A stretch of DNA of 52,150 nt from a virus (taxonomy: Duplodnaviria; Caudoviricetes), in IMG/VR virus record IMGVR_UViG_3300037200_000348, positions 1-52,150 of that record. One strand, given 5' to 3'. Shown here piece by piece: positions 16,799-26,900 of the stretch. Numbering within the stretch: position 1 is the first letter of the stretch; every line of letters begins with the position of its first letter. Both the position numbers and the translations under genes were made by a program. The notes beneath the pieces are model-generated. The model did no database searches, was not told where the DNA came from, and worked only from the letters and a program-made list of their open reading frames with translations.

Positions 16799-17269
16799 TT
16801 ACAGCGAATATAGGGCTTGTCGGTATTCACGCGGGTCCTCGGCGAACGGAATTTCGTCGTATATGTCGGCGTTTAGCGAATCGCTACTCTGGCGACTCGA
16901 CGCGCCTTCGTAGCCTGTCGCGCGCTCGCCGCCGCCATCGCGGTCTCTCTTAGATTCGAGAATCTGCATCTCGCTCGCGACTATTTCGACCGCCTTGCGC
17001 TTGTTGCCCTCGCGGTCGTCATAGTTACGAATAGTCAGTCTCCCTGAGATGAGGGTCGCCATGCCCTTTGAGAGATACTGGCTACAAATTTCGCCCAGCC
17101 GTTCCCATGCTACGACGTCGATGAACATCGTCTCGTCGCCGCTTTTGCTTTTGCGATTGACGGCTACGCAAAACTTAGCGACCAGCTTGGCTCCGCCATC
17201 CGTGTAGCGGACCTCCACGTCGCGCGTGAGGTTACCGACGACGGTGATGTGATTATATGACCCTGCCAT
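16799..17269 (-). CDS. ssb: single-stranded DNA-binding protein
   Basis: MAGSYNHITVVGNLTRDVEVRY...FIDVVAW...LSKG...GRL; acidic DEIPF near C-terminus. Confidence 0.93.
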   Translation of the reverse strand: MAGSYNHITVVGNLTRDVEVRYTDGGAKLVAKFCVAVNRKSKSGDETMFIDVVAWERLGEICSQYLSKGMATLISGRLTIRNYDDREGNKRKAVEIVASEMQILESKRDRDGGGERATGYEGASSRQSSDSLNADIYDEIPFAEDPREYRQALYSL

Positions 17270-17738
17270 GTCGCGCTCCAATCGAAATTTTAGTGATCGT
17301 TCCAGGGTGGACACTAAAAATAGGCGCGATGTCTCGACGCGTTTTGCCAGCCGCGAGCATGGCGCGTATTGAACGCACATCGTCATCGGAGAGTTTGTAT
17401 CCGCGATGCATGCGCCCCTTAGCGGCGGCGTCGCGCATGTTATCGGCCGCCGACCCAGCAAACAGGTGTGATGGACGACAGCAAGGCGGGTTATCGCACT
17501 TATGACACTGGGCGAGGCCGTCGATGTATTGCCCCGTAAGTATCGCCGCTACGATGTGCGCCTTGCGTGGGCGCCGTTTTCCATCGGGCGACAGCATCGC
17601 AATTTGCCCATAGCCCTTGTTATCACAAGAAGCGGTCCATTCCCAACATCCATCGGGCGCCCGATGAACCTTGGCCCAGAACCGCTCCTCAAACGAAAGA
17701 CCTCGAATGTATCCAGCCATTCCTGCTGCTTTCTTCAA
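17253..17738 (-). CDS. free-standing HNH homing endonuclease with C-terminal HTH
   Basis: ERFWAKV, CWEWT, GYG, CHKCDNPPCCRPSHL, DNMRD. Confidence 0.88.
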   Translation of the reverse strand: MKKAAGMAGYIRGLSFEERFWAKVHRAPDGCWEWTASCDNKGYGQIAMLSPDGKRRPRKAHIVAAILTGQYIDGLAQCHKCDNPPCCRPSHLFAGSAADNMRDAAAKGRMHRGYKLSDDDVRSIRAMLAAGKTRRDIAPIFSVHPGTITKISIGARHGRVI

Positions 17739-17800
17739 TCACTAGACCGAGAGACTCGCGCGCCGTCTAAGCCTGGCGTGATTCGCGAGCCTTGGATTTT

Positions 17801-18166
17801 TTAGGGAACGATGTTCGTGAGGCCCGCGTCAAACGCGGACACGTAGTCGGCGACGATCGCTACCACGTCGCTTTTGAGGACGCTCGGGAAGGTGCTCGGG
17901 AGCTTCGCCATGAGCGCTGCGGCGACGCCGGTCACCGACGCCGTCGAGAGTGGGCCCGTGGTGTCCACGAGCGCCTTGAGTTCATTCACAACCCATGGGC
18001 GCAGCGCAGCCGGAACGTCGTGCGAGAGAGTCGAGCCGATGATGGCGGCCGACGTGGTGCCGAAAGCCTTTGCCTTGGCTTGCGCAGCGACGAGCAACGA
18101 TGTAGCGAGCGATACGAGAAGCGAGAGGATGATCGGGAGGATGATCGGGACGGTGATATCGGACAT
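17801..18166 (-). CDS. putative holin / lysis-associated membrane protein
   Basis: N-terminal TM (VPIILPIILSLLVSLATSLLVAA) downstream of endolysin; AAGGAG RBS. Confidence 0.5.
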   Translation of the reverse strand: MSDITVPIILPIILSLLVSLATSLLVAAQAKAKAFGTTSAAIIGSTLSHDVPAALRPWVVNELKALVDTTGPLSTASVTGVAAALMAKLPSTFPSVLKSDVVAIVADYVSAFDAGLTNIVP

Positions 18167-18169
18167 GAG

Positions 18170-18427
18170 TTACTCCTTGGAGTCCTTGAAGCGCTGTTCG
18201 AGTGCCGCGAGCCGCGCGTTTCGCCCGCTCCGCGGTTTCGGTTCCGCGACTCTTTGACTCGCACCTCCGGCGCCGTAGTGCGCTTCCCAGCTACCTCCGC
18301 AGGGCGTGCCGTCATCGAAAACACGCAGGCAACCGACGCGTATCGGACGCTTGTGTTGCGCCGCCTCCTTCTCCTCATTGCGAGGCGGAAGGCCGATATA
18401 GAACGGACAGCCTAAGCGGGAGTCCAC
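18170..18427 (-). CDS. hypothetical protein in lysis cassette
   Basis: Fills the gap between endolysin and putative holin. Confidence 0.4.
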   Translation of the reverse strand: MDSRLGCPFYIGLPPRNEEKEAAQHKRPIRVGCLRVFDDGTPCGGSWEAHYGAGGASQRVAEPKPRSGRNARLAALEQRFKDSKE

Positions 18428-18975
18428 GTCGTCCAGTCGACTTCGAGACCGAGGTTAATCGACGCGTAGAGAATCCAATTCTCGAAAACGTCGCTTCCGT
18501 AATTGCCATCGGTTGTATTCGCGTCGGGCGACTCGCCCGCGATGAGTTCCGCCGCCACGCCCCCGGCACCAAGATTGTACGCGTCGAACGCAGCCTGATG
18601 CGAATCTGGGAACGAGCGAAACGCCGGTAACAAAAAGTCTCGCACCGCTACGGTGAAGTTATTACTCGGGACGGTGAGGTCGAGCCCCCCAAGCGTTGGG
18701 TGATCGAGGTCTATCCACTCGACCCCGCTCGTAAGCTGACAGTATCCGACGCCGCAGCCTACGCCACGGGGCATCCCTGCCTGGAAGATATTGCGAAAGC
18801 CGCTCTCGCGCTTCACGATCGCCGCGAGCATGGACGGCGTGACCTCGCCCGCGCCGAACGCGTCGCATGCGGTGCGGATATCCGCCGCGACCGCCATGAT
18901 ATCCGGCCGCCACGGGAAGCAGAGTCCCGGGTGCTGCTGGATATCGAGCATGGCGACGTCGTGAACGCTTATCAT
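18412..18975 (-). CDS. endolysin, lytic transglycosylase (SLT-like)
   Basis: AIVKRESGF (catalytic Glu), GVGYCQL, AYNLG; ATG 8 nt after a TATAGT -10 box (nearly leaderless). Confidence 0.8.
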   Translation of the reverse strand: MISVHDVAMLDIQQHPGLCFPWRPDIMAVAADIRTACDAFGAGEVTPSMLAAIVKRESGFRNIFQAGMPRGVGCGVGYCQLTSGVEWIDLDHPTLGGLDLTVPSNNFTVAVRDFLLPAFRSFPDSHQAAFDAYNLGAGGVAAELIAGESPDANTTDGNYGSDVFENWILYASINLGLEVDWTTWTPA

Positions 18976-18995
18976 TTGACTTTACTATAGCAGAG

Positions 18996-20363
18996 CTATG
19001 CGCCCGGCACAACCGATGCGATTTTTGATGTATCGAGGCCACCGTACGCGTTCTGCGGGAGCCACGCGCTCCAGAGGCAGTTGATGCCTGCGGCGGTGCT
19101 CCCGTTTACGTGCAGTACGACGGTGTGCGGGTTTCCATCGTCGGGAATCGTCCCAGACCACGAGAATGTGCCGGAGGGACTCGACTGCGACGCGATGTAC
19201 GTACCGTCTAGGGAGACCGCGACGTAACCGCCTAGCTGGTTGCACCCGCCGCCGCCAGAGAGCGAGGGGACCGTCGAGCCGATTGGCTGGGCCCCGGACC
19301 CCGCCTTGACCGTGACGTTGAAGACGCCCTCGACTGTGGAGTTCGGTGCACCCGTCCCGACGAGGAGAGAACCGAGCGTCGAGCCGAGCGGGACGACCGA
19401 AGACTGGCTCGTAGGCATAAGCGAGTTCGAGCTTGCGCTGTAGTTGTAGCGAAAACGATACTGCACGAGCCCCGCTGCGTACGCGCCGGTTTTCGCAATC
19501 GAATAGTCGCGCGTTGGCCCGCTACCCGTGATGACCACGGACCCGTCAGCCGACGTCGCCCCGCTGAGCCCCGTGACGGGTCCGGTAGCGCCGTTGTAGG
19601 TCGACACGCCTGTGACGGGCCCGGTAGCGCCGTTGTAGGTCGACACGCCTGTGACGGCCCCCGAGGCGCCGTTGTAGGTCGACACGCCGGTCACGGCGCC
19701 TGTAGCGCCATTGTAAGAGGTCACGCCCGCTGGGATAGCGCTAATGGCCGCGGAGATGAGGCCAGAGACGGTCGAGAGGATGCCGGGGATTGCCGCCGTG
19801 ATGAGCGCGTTGACGAGCGAGGAGAACGTCGGGAGATTGATCGTGATGTTCGCGTTCGTGATGACGTTGCTCGTCGGCGTCTGCACGGTCGCGATGAGCG
19901 TGTACCCCGTGGGGACCGTTGCGCCGGGCCCCGCGAGGCCAAGGATGCTCGCGCCCTGGATGAGCTTGTATGCAGTGACCGAGCTAATCGTTCGGTCGGA
20001 ATTGCGAACCTGCGTCGTGAACGGGTCGCCTTGAACTTCGAGCGGCTGGCCGACGATGATATCGGTGCGCGGCGAGCTTCCGGTGTTACTCGGGAAGCTG
20101 ACGCCGACGGTGCCCATCTCGTTGACGACGCGACGTCCGAGTACGAACTGCTGCCCGAGTCCGCCGACGGTGACGTTGAGGCCGCCCGCTGCTGTGACTT
20201 GCAGGGGCGCATTGCCGCCCTGCAAGCTGGGCGCTCCGAGGAGAATGTCGGCAAGCGAACCCGCGAGCCAATGCATCGTCTCGCCTTCTTCGAGAAGCTC
20301 CGCTGAGGTAATGAGTTGGCCTGTTATCCACTGCATGAGGTGGTTCACGATCGAAATTGCCAT
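18996..20363 (-). CDS. tail fibre / receptor-binding protein
   Basis: Last tail gene; Gly/Thr/Ser-rich; GVSTYNGATGxVT repeats. Confidence 0.75.
   Translation of the reverse strand: MAISIVNHLMQWITGQLITSAELLEEGETMHWLAGSLADILLGAPSLQGGNAPLQVTAAGGLNVTVGGLGQQFVLGRRVVNEMGTVGVSFPSNTGSSPRTDIIVGQPLEVQGDPFTTQVRNSDRTISSVTAYKLIQGASILGLAGPGATVPTGYTLIATVQTPTSNVITNANITINLPTFSSLVNALITAAIPGILSTVSGLISAAISAIPAGVTSYNGATGAVTGVSTYNGASGAVTGVSTYNGATGPVTGVSTYNGATGPVTGLSGATSADGSVVITGSGPTRDYSIAKTGAYAAGLVQYRFRYNYSASSNSLMPTSQSSVVPLGSTLGSLLVGTGAPNSTVEGVFNVTVKAGSGAQPIGSTVPSLSGGGGCNQLGGYVAVSLDGTYIASQSSPSGTFSWSGTIPDDGNPHTVVLHVNGSTAAGINCLWSAWLPQNAYGGLDTSKIASVVPGA
19573..19728. repeat. 4 x 39 bp coding tandem repeat in tail fibre
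   Basis: Unit GTGACGGGYCCGGTAGCGCCGTTGTAGGTCGACACGCCT with variants. Confidence 0.9.
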
Positions 20364-20441
20364 AGTGCCCTTATCCTCGCATAGCGGCGAGCATTGCAGT
20401 GGAAGCGCCGAAAAGTAGGTTTTCGAGCAATATGAGCTTAC

Positions 20442-21152
20442 TCATCCGGAAATAGGAGCTTCCGCGGTTGGGTCAACCGACGTATCCCAGTTGACTGCAT
20501 TTTTGAAAATCGGAATCGTGTTTGCCACGCGAACGGAGGTGACGGTCGCAATGAGCGCGGGGTCGGCCGAGGCCGCGGAGATATATGACGTTCCGCCCTG
20601 GTATAGGTAGGCCTCGTCGTCACATGCGCAGTAGTCCGCAAATGCAGCGTCGTCGACATTGACGCTCGATGAGAGTTGGACGACGAAGTAAAATATCGGC
20701 ACGGGTGTTCCGGCCGCAGCGTCAGCGGCGCAGAGCGTGGGATTCGACTGTTGATCGTACGCCATTGCGGTGACGGGCGAGCCGCCGGTTGGAATACTGA
20801 GACCGTTCTCGTAGTCTTGAACGGCCGCCTGAATCGCGGCGAGGGTGTTGCGCCCGCGTGAGATGGCTGCAAAGATGCGCGTGCGATACGCCGCATCGAG
20901 TTCGCCCGGATACCGCAGTACGCCGTACAAGACCCCGAGCGCGTCGAGGTATGGTCCGGTGGCTGTCTGTACGGTCGTTTGCGAGATGTACGAAACGACC
21001 ACGGCCATGAACGCGAGTATGAGCGACTGGTACGTCGAGAGGATGGCTTTAATTGGCCCTATCGTCGGATACGCGATGGGCGGAACGCCGAAGTTGTACG
21101 GCGTTATCGGAAATTGCTCGGTCAGGAGTTCTGCTGGGTCTTCGAGACTCAT
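20442..21152 (-). CDS. baseplate wedge protein (P2 gpI-like)
   Basis: TATGPYLDALG..YGV.R..GE.D..YR.RI motif; follows baseplate J. Confidence 0.8.
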   Translation of the reverse strand: MSLEDPAELLTEQFPITPYNFGVPPIAYPTIGPIKAILSTYQSLILAFMAVVVSYISQTTVQTATGPYLDALGVLYGVLRYPGELDAAYRTRIFAAISRGRNTLAAIQAAVQDYENGLSIPTGGSPVTAMAYDQQSNPTLCAADAAAGTPVPIFYFVVQLSSSVNVDDAAFADYCACDDEAYLYQGGTSYISAASADPALIATVTSVRVANTIPIFKNAVNWDTSVDPTAEAPISG

Positions 21153-22375
21153 TAGAACGCAGCCGTTGCGAGGATGCTCACGAGCGAGGTCGAGGCGATA
21201 CGTGCCGTCTGACTGAAGAGCGGCTGGAAGTCCGCGTTACTGCCATTGACGCGCACGCTGCTCACGGTAACGTCCGTGACGCCCGGCGTTTCCATAACGA
21301 GCTTGATGATCGCTGCGATAAGAACAGCGTTGCCGATACCTAAGCCATTGATGTAGGCGAAGATTGAGGTCGCAATCGCAGTCTCGGTCGTGGCGATGGA
21401 CGCGATGTTGTTCGCATACGTCGGGTCGTACGTGAGCGAGAGCGACACTGATGTGACTGGTGTTTGCGTCGCGCCGACGACGTGCACTTCCGTGCTTGCT
21501 CCGCGATAGAGCCCCGAGTTGAAGTCGGTTTGAATTTGCGAGATGAGAGCGGTGTTTGAGCCGAGCGTGCCCGTGCCGTTGTCGACGAGAAGTTGGCCGC
21601 GACCCGGCTCGAAAGTCACGCCGTCGTCGGCGAGGTTCTCCAGGAGAAGCGCGGTGATGACGCCGGAGTAGCTAAGCGCATCTTGCTCGATCGCCGCAAC
21701 CGTGCACTGCGCCGCATTCGGAATCGCCGCGAGCGCGCGTGCGCGTAGGCCGCCGTTGGGGGCATCGTCACCTTCGAGGTCGGAGCCGCCGCCAGTCGCC
21801 GTCGGATTGAAGCCCGTGGCCCCGTATGGCCCAGAGACGACAACATTGACGGCACCGATAGGCTGGTTGCCGGAGCTTCCCGCTACCTGCGCAATGATCG
21901 GCGCGATGGTCGAGGCATTTGTCGCCCCCATCGGCACGGTAACGGCCGCCGTCGTCACGAAGAGAACGGGACTGACAGTCGGGTCCGCCTGCTGCGCCGC
22001 AACGAGCGTTCCAACAGAGAACACCGTGGCGGTCACGGCGGGAGCCGGGAGAGAGAATTGAAAACCACCTTGCGCGGTTCCCGGTTGCTTGCGGAAGACG
22101 TTGACGTCTGCGGCCTTGTTATCGAGGTCGGACCCGACGGCAGTGAGGATGTATGCAGCCTGCTGCGCACGCTGCAGCAACTGATAGGCTCCTGGCTGCT
22201 GAACACCTGGATACGATGTTGCGTCGATGCCGAGCGCTAGTGCCAGCGCCTCTAGCGTCGTCTCGGTGACGCCGCCGGGGTTAAAATTCGTCAGCAAGCC
22301 TTGAAGCTCGGTGACCGAGGCTTGGGCAGAAGCAAGGATATCCGCAACGGTCGGAAGCGCTGGCAGCGTGCTCAT
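21152..22375 (-). CDS. baseplate J/gp47-like protein
   Basis: TAVGSDLD, A..AGSSGN, TGGGSDLE.D...LRARAL. Confidence 0.9.
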   Translation of the reverse strand: MSTLPALPTVADILASAQASVTELQGLLTNFNPGGVTETTLEALALALGIDATSYPGVQQPGAYQLLQRAQQAAYILTAVGSDLDNKAADVNVFRKQPGTAQGGFQFSLPAPAVTATVFSVGTLVAAQQADPTVSPVLFVTTAAVTVPMGATNASTIAPIIAQVAGSSGNQPIGAVNVVVSGPYGATGFNPTATGGGSDLEGDDAPNGGLRARALAAIPNAAQCTVAAIEQDALSYSGVITALLLENLADDGVTFEPGRGQLLVDNGTGTLGSNTALISQIQTDFNSGLYRGASTEVHVVGATQTPVTSVSLSLTYDPTYANNIASIATTETAIATSIFAYINGLGIGNAVLIAAIIKLVMETPGVTDVTVSSVRVNGSNADFQPLFSQTARIASTSLVSILATAAF

Positions 22376-22376
22376 A

Positions 22377-23516
22377 CTATGCTACCGCCTGAACATTCGC
22401 AATGATGCCAGGACCAGCCCAGAACGGCACGACCATATTGGCCTGCAAGGTATCCTCGACGCCGATGGCGCGAACTGTGTACGAGATAAGCCATCCGGTC
22501 GCCCCTTGCTGGCTAACAGCGACGTCGAGGACGCTCGCTACGCGCGCGTCGCCATAGAGACACTCGATGACGTCGGCTTGCAGATTGAGCGCCTGAAGAG
22601 CGGGGTTCGCCTGCCCGCGCCCAATGACCTTACCCTTCATAAAGCCGTAGTCCTGATGCATCGCGAGTTCGCCGATTTCCGTCCGTAGGCGAATGCCGAG
22701 GTCTTGCGCGAGTAAGTAGAGACCATTGACGGTGAGGAGGTCGCCATTGGGCCCAATAACTCCCTCACCCGTTGCTGGGTTGAGGAAGATATCGGAGCCT
22801 AAGAGCGGGTACGGGCCAAGCGCCGGAGCGCCCGCCGGGAAGGGGCCGGTGCCGACCAGGAGCGGCAAGACCGCGGCGCCCTGGAGGTCGGAGTACCCGC
22901 TCTCGTATTCGCTCGAATCGACGGCGGTCGCCGCGTACGTCTGATTGACCCCGACGATAGGATTCGCGTCAAACAATTGATTCACGACGGAGAGCGTCGA
23001 GATAAGCTGCGTGTCGATGAGCGCGTAGGGGCCCACCGGGGTCGGCGCGCGATAGAGATTAAACGCGACGATCGGCGCGCCGCCCGTGACGGGGTCTTGC
23101 TCGACCCCGACGACAACGAGTGGGCGCAGGCCCGAGAGCGCTTGCGAGATGAAGCGGATTCGCGGCGGCGTCGGCCCCGCGATAACCGTTGGTACGATCG
23201 TAACGAGAAGCGAGAGGACGACGCCGTTATCCCCGGCAATCATGACGCGCGTCGCGCCGTACATAATCGGCGTGATCGTCAAGGTGTAGCCCGGCGAGAG
23301 CACCGCGGTATTTGACCCGCCGACGGTGCCGACTTGCGCTGAGCCGACGGTGGCTCCGGGGAGCGTGGGCGCGATAGAAACGCTCACCATGGCCGCGTTG
23401 TAGCCGAACACGGACATGCCGCCCGCATTTGACGCCTGCGTAAGCGCAACCGTTACGGGCGTCGAGAGGCCGCGAATAATGACCGGCGACGGAGACGCTA
23501 CTATCGGATTCGCCAC
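22377..23516 (-). CDS. gp25/gpW-like sheath initiator with N-terminal Ig/Fn3-like domains
   Basis: C-terminal GDLLTVNG...LAQDL..RL.T..GEL..H.DYG...DARV; FNLYR...Y..TAVD...ES Fn3 pattern. Confidence 0.75.
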   Translation of the reverse strand: MANPIVASPSPVIIRGLSTPVTVALTQASNAGGMSVFGYNAAMVSVSIAPTLPGATVGSAQVGTVGGSNTAVLSPGYTLTITPIMYGATRVMIAGDNGVVLSLLVTIVPTVIAGPTPPRIRFISQALSGLRPLVVVGVEQDPVTGGAPIVAFNLYRAPTPVGPYALIDTQLISTLSVVNQLFDANPIVGVNQTYAATAVDSSEYESGYSDLQGAAVLPLLVGTGPFPAGAPALGPYPLLGSDIFLNPATGEGVIGPNGDLLTVNGLYLLAQDLGIRLRTEIGELAMHQDYGFMKGKVIGRGQANPALQALNLQADVIECLYGDARVASVLDVAVSQQGATGWLISYTVRAIGVEDTLQANMVVPFWAGPGIIANVQAVA

Positions 23517-23532
23517 GAGCGCGTCCTTCTCG

Positions 23533-24642
23533 CTACACGCTAAACTTTACTTTGGACGACCCCGCTGGAATTGGAAGGTGAGCGGCGCCCGCGAGCGTCG
23601 CGATAGCCGCCGCCGCCGTCGGCAAGCTCGGCACCCCGGAAGCCTGCATGGCAGCGATGAGGGCGGTAATCGTGTCTTTCTTGTCCTGGAGACGCGCTGC
23701 AAAACCGCTATTTTCGAAGGTCCCTATATCCGCGTGCGCTATGGCCGCTTGGGTCGCGGGGATATTCTCCGCAAGGTCGCCGAGCGCCACGACGGGCGCC
23801 ACCGTCGAGACAGAGGGAACTCCCGTGACGGCACCAGCCGCATCATAGACGGTGTAGAGCGGGTCACCCGCGCTCACCGTGACGGTTCCGCCGCTTTCGG
23901 CCGCGCTGATGACGATGTTGCCCTCCGCGTCGACCGAGATGACCGCGCCGAGCGGATGGGTGTACGTGAAGGTGGATTCCCCATCGGCGGGCTCATCGAG
24001 AACGAAACTCTGCCCTTGCGGCATCGTGAGCGTGAGTTTTGCGCGCTTTGGGAGATTCAGCGCCGGGTCAGGGGTCGTCGTTGTCGTAACGCCGGTAACG
24101 GGGTCCGTAGTCGACGTCGCAAACGGTGCATAACCCGGTGGAATGTAATCCACAACTGACAGCGCGAGGCCGGAAAGCCAGGACACATCGAAGATGCACG
24201 GCGAGCCGTCGACGGCGGCGCTTGTTGGCGTGCTCCCGGCGTTGCGCCACCGCATGAAAAAGCCCGTCTCATCGTGGTGAATGACCATATCGTCGGGATT
24301 CACATAGATGGGTCCGGCGGCGTTTGACGGCACCGGGTCGCCGTATTTCGAGCCCGGCTTATCGAGCGAAAAGGTATGCCCGGAAGCGACCGCTAGTTGT
24401 GGAGAACCGTCAACGTAAAAGAGCTTGACGAGCATCCCTTGCCGAAAATTTCGCGTAAAACCTGGGGGCAAGAAGACCGGTACCCGGATATGGTCGGCAG
24501 ACTGATCGAGCGGGCGGACATTGACGAGCATCTGGGGCGTCGGCGGGTTCGTCTTGGCCATCGGCTCGGTCGACACGACGGTGCCGAGCTTCGTCTCCGC
24601 GTCGTTGAGCATCGTGCGGTGGTCGCCGCTCGTTCTTCCCAT
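23533..24642 (-). CDS. baseplate central spike (gpV/gp45-like)
   Basis: N-terminal OB-fold-like region followed by beta-helix-like repeats; position. Confidence 0.65.
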   Translation of the reverse strand: MGRTSGDHRTMLNDAETKLGTVVSTEPMAKTNPPTPQMLVNVRPLDQSADHIRVPVFLPPGFTRNFRQGMLVKLFYVDGSPQLAVASGHTFSLDKPGSKYGDPVPSNAAGPIYVNPDDMVIHHDETGFFMRWRNAGSTPTSAAVDGSPCIFDVSWLSGLALSVVDYIPPGYAPFATSTTDPVTGVTTTTTPDPALNLPKRAKLTLTMPQGQSFVLDEPADGESTFTYTHPLGAVISVDAEGNIVISAAESGGTVTVSAGDPLYTVYDAAGAVTGVPSVSTVAPVVALGDLAENIPATQAAIAHADIGTFENSGFAARLQDKKDTITALIAAMQASGVPSLPTAAAAIATLAGAAHLPIPAGSSKVKFSV

Positions 24643-24645
24643 GAT

Positions 24646-26121
24646 CTAATAGCCTCCGTTCGGAAAGCGTAGCGAAAGCGTCGTCGTCCAAGCGCCGCCC
24701 ATGCTCCACGAGTTCGAGATGGCCTCGATGTACCATATCGCGTTGGTCGTACTCGTGCGGCTCGTCGTGACCGGCACGAGCACGCGGTCGCCGACGCGAT
24801 ATGCCGTCGTGCCGCGCAGCGCTACTGTCGCGTGCTCCAGTGAATTGTGCAGCAACGAGAGAACCCCCATCTTCGAGAACGCTGCCGCCCTTGTGACGTC
24901 CCAGTACGACCCAAAAGTTCCGCGCCGGTACCCGTACGTCGTAAACGGCGAGTTTCCAGCCGGGGCGTTCTGCGCGATGTATCCCTTCGCAATGCCCTGC
25001 CCAAAGCCAAGGGCTGCGCCATCTCCCGTTACGAGTGCCATCGGAATGCTGGCAACATACGACGCCATCGGGGTTATTTGAAAGTAGGTGACGAGGTCTT
25101 CGTCGGAGATGCGACAGCGGAACATAATGATATCGTCGGGCCCGAGCGGAACGGCATTTGGGGCGGCCGTCGTCCACGCGGTGAGCGTATCATCGAAGAG
25201 TAGATTTCCGATTTCGTCCACGAAAAGTCGGCACGACGGGGCGTTGCGAAGCTCTTCGACATTCGCCCATGTCGAGGCATCTTGGAATTGAAATGGCGGA
25301 TATTCCGCCAGGGTGTATGACTCGAATCCGTCAGCGAGCTTGGTTTTATTGTCGGTTCGTATAAAATTCCGCCATGGGTAGCCGAATTTCTGTGCCGCTA
25401 CCTGCGTGACTGCGGGAACGCCGACGTTTGGAATCTTGGTAGCAACGCTCAGTTTTTTCGCGACGCACAAATCGAGCACATCAAGGAGGAGGCGGGTTCC
25501 GGAGTACGTCTTCGAGACGGCAAGCGTCACGGGATTTTGCAGTGTTGTGTTCACCGAGCTTGCTGATGATGCTTCGGGAACGAGCGTGTCGTTGACGTAG
25601 AAGACCTTTGTAAGGTCGCGTCCATCGAGTTGTAGCGTCGGCTCTGGTGAATCGCTCATCTCGACCGGCGTCTCCTCGATCGAATCGACCATGCCGATCA
25701 TGATGCACGTTGCGGAGCCGAGAGCAACAATCGTCGCGATATCTGAATACGTCAATCCGGATATGTTGATGTTGCCCGGCGTCGAGCCGACGGGTCCAAG
25801 GGTATTCGCTGACTGCTGGCTCTTTAGCGGCAGACGTATCGCGTAGAGCGCCATGAGGTCCATGGGGCTCGCGACTGATGCGTACTCTACAATCGGTTGC
25901 GGGGGCGGCAGGCCAGCTTGCAGCGCATTAAAGAGGGGCAGCGTTAGTGACCAGCTACCAGCGTCTCCATCGTCACTTTTACTCGCGCTCGCGGCGAGAA
26001 TTTGCGTGAGGAGGTACGCGTTGCCGGTGATCGCTGAAATGGCGACTGCAACGAATAGAACTCTGCTGATCGTTCCGCCAATACTTGCAGAAACTTGACC
26101 GATTTGTTGCAGGCCGCTCAT
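24646..26121 (-). CDS. baseplate hub (gp27/gpD-like)
   Basis: G.VDSI...L.GRDLTK; YRVGDRV; WYIEAISNSW....WTTTLSL; start MSGLQQ at 26121. Confidence 0.75.
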   Translation of the reverse strand: MSGLQQIGQVSASIGGTISRVLFVAVAISAITGNAYLLTQILAASASKSDDGDAGSWSLTLPLFNALQAGLPPPQPIVEYASVASPMDLMALYAIRLPLKSQQSANTLGPVGSTPGNINISGLTYSDIATIVALGSATCIMIGMVDSIEETPVEMSDSPEPTLQLDGRDLTKVFYVNDTLVPEASSASSVNTTLQNPVTLAVSKTYSGTRLLLDVLDLCVAKKLSVATKIPNVGVPAVTQVAAQKFGYPWRNFIRTDNKTKLADGFESYTLAEYPPFQFQDASTWANVEELRNAPSCRLFVDEIGNLLFDDTLTAWTTAAPNAVPLGPDDIIMFRCRISDEDLVTYFQITPMASYVASIPMALVTGDGAALGFGQGIAKGYIAQNAPAGNSPFTTYGYRRGTFGSYWDVTRAAAFSKMGVLSLLHNSLEHATVALRGTTAYRVGDRVLVPVTTSRTSTTNAIWYIEAISNSWSMGGAWTTTLSLRFPNGGY

Positions 26122-26900
26122 ATTAGATTTGTGAGCGCGCCGATGACCGAGTTCACAAGCGAAGCGCCGATGTTTCCAGGCGAGATGATGTCGGAAGCGG
26201 TTGGCGGAACGCCGCTCGAATAATCGTACAGCACCGCAGCATTTATCCGCAAGCGCCCTTGATTCGGGCGCTCCGCATCCTGGTCTAGGCTGCAGTCCTC
26301 TTGAGAGATGACGAGCGTGATGCCGAGGTACGTGTCGGTGAAACGTAGCTGGCACGGCGCCGTTCCCGTGAGAGGATTTGCCGACTTCCCGAGCTTGACG
26401 AGTTGGAAGAAGTTATTATAGTCCGACGATGGGGACGGCGACCACACGACTGCGGCGTCGATTTCAAGTCTACCGGGCGCGATGCCGTACTCGTTGTAGT
26501 GGAATCCGCCGAGCGTGTGCTGCACGCTCTGGCGCGCACGCTGGACGTATGAGATGCGCTGCATGAAGCCTGCGGTGTTGCGGCCGGTCGCGACGTCGAA
26601 GACGACGGTCGCAAGAATTGGCGCCGCTCCGCGAGAGGAGCCGCTGCCGGGATTGACGGCCTGCGCGACGCCCGTCGCGGTACTCGGAGCCGCGACCGTT
26701 GGCGCGGGGATAGGACCCGTGAGTACGAGTTGAAATGAGCGATTCTGCGTCGGCAAAACGGTTTGCACGAAGCCGGACAAAGCGGGTCCAAACGCGGATG
26801 ACGTGAGCGCCCGCGCGGCATTTCGGGCCGCCTGGCTCTGATTGAAGAAGCCGATGACCGCATCGTTGAGTTCGGTATTGATGATGAGTTCGCCACTCAT
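26118..26900 (-). CDS. tail tube initiator / distal tail protein
   Basis: Between tape measure and hub; VQHTLGGF...YG motif. Confidence 0.55.
   Translation of the reverse strand: MSGELIINTELNDAVIGFFNQSQAARNAARALTSSAFGPALSGFVQTVLPTQNRSFQLVLTGPIPAPTVAAPSTATGVAQAVNPGSGSSRGAAPILATVVFDVATGRNTAGFMQRISYVQRARQSVQHTLGGFHYNEYGIAPGRLEIDAAVVWSPSPSSDYNNFFQLVKLGKSANPLTGTAPCQLRFTDTYLGITLVISQEDCSLDQDAERPNQGRLRINAAVLYDYSSGVPPTASDIISPGNIGASLVNSVIGALTNLI

Noticed and set aside
19573-19728. Tail fibre repeats as diversity-generating retroelement TR/VR
   Set aside because: Tandem coding repeats without adenine-specific variation; no reverse transcriptase in the window
24646-26355. Extended N-termini of track ORFs for hub (26355), neck (35589), SSB (17461), ParB-like (13899) and 9929
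   Set aside because: Extensions overlap upstream genes and are non-protein-like; internal starts fit gene packing
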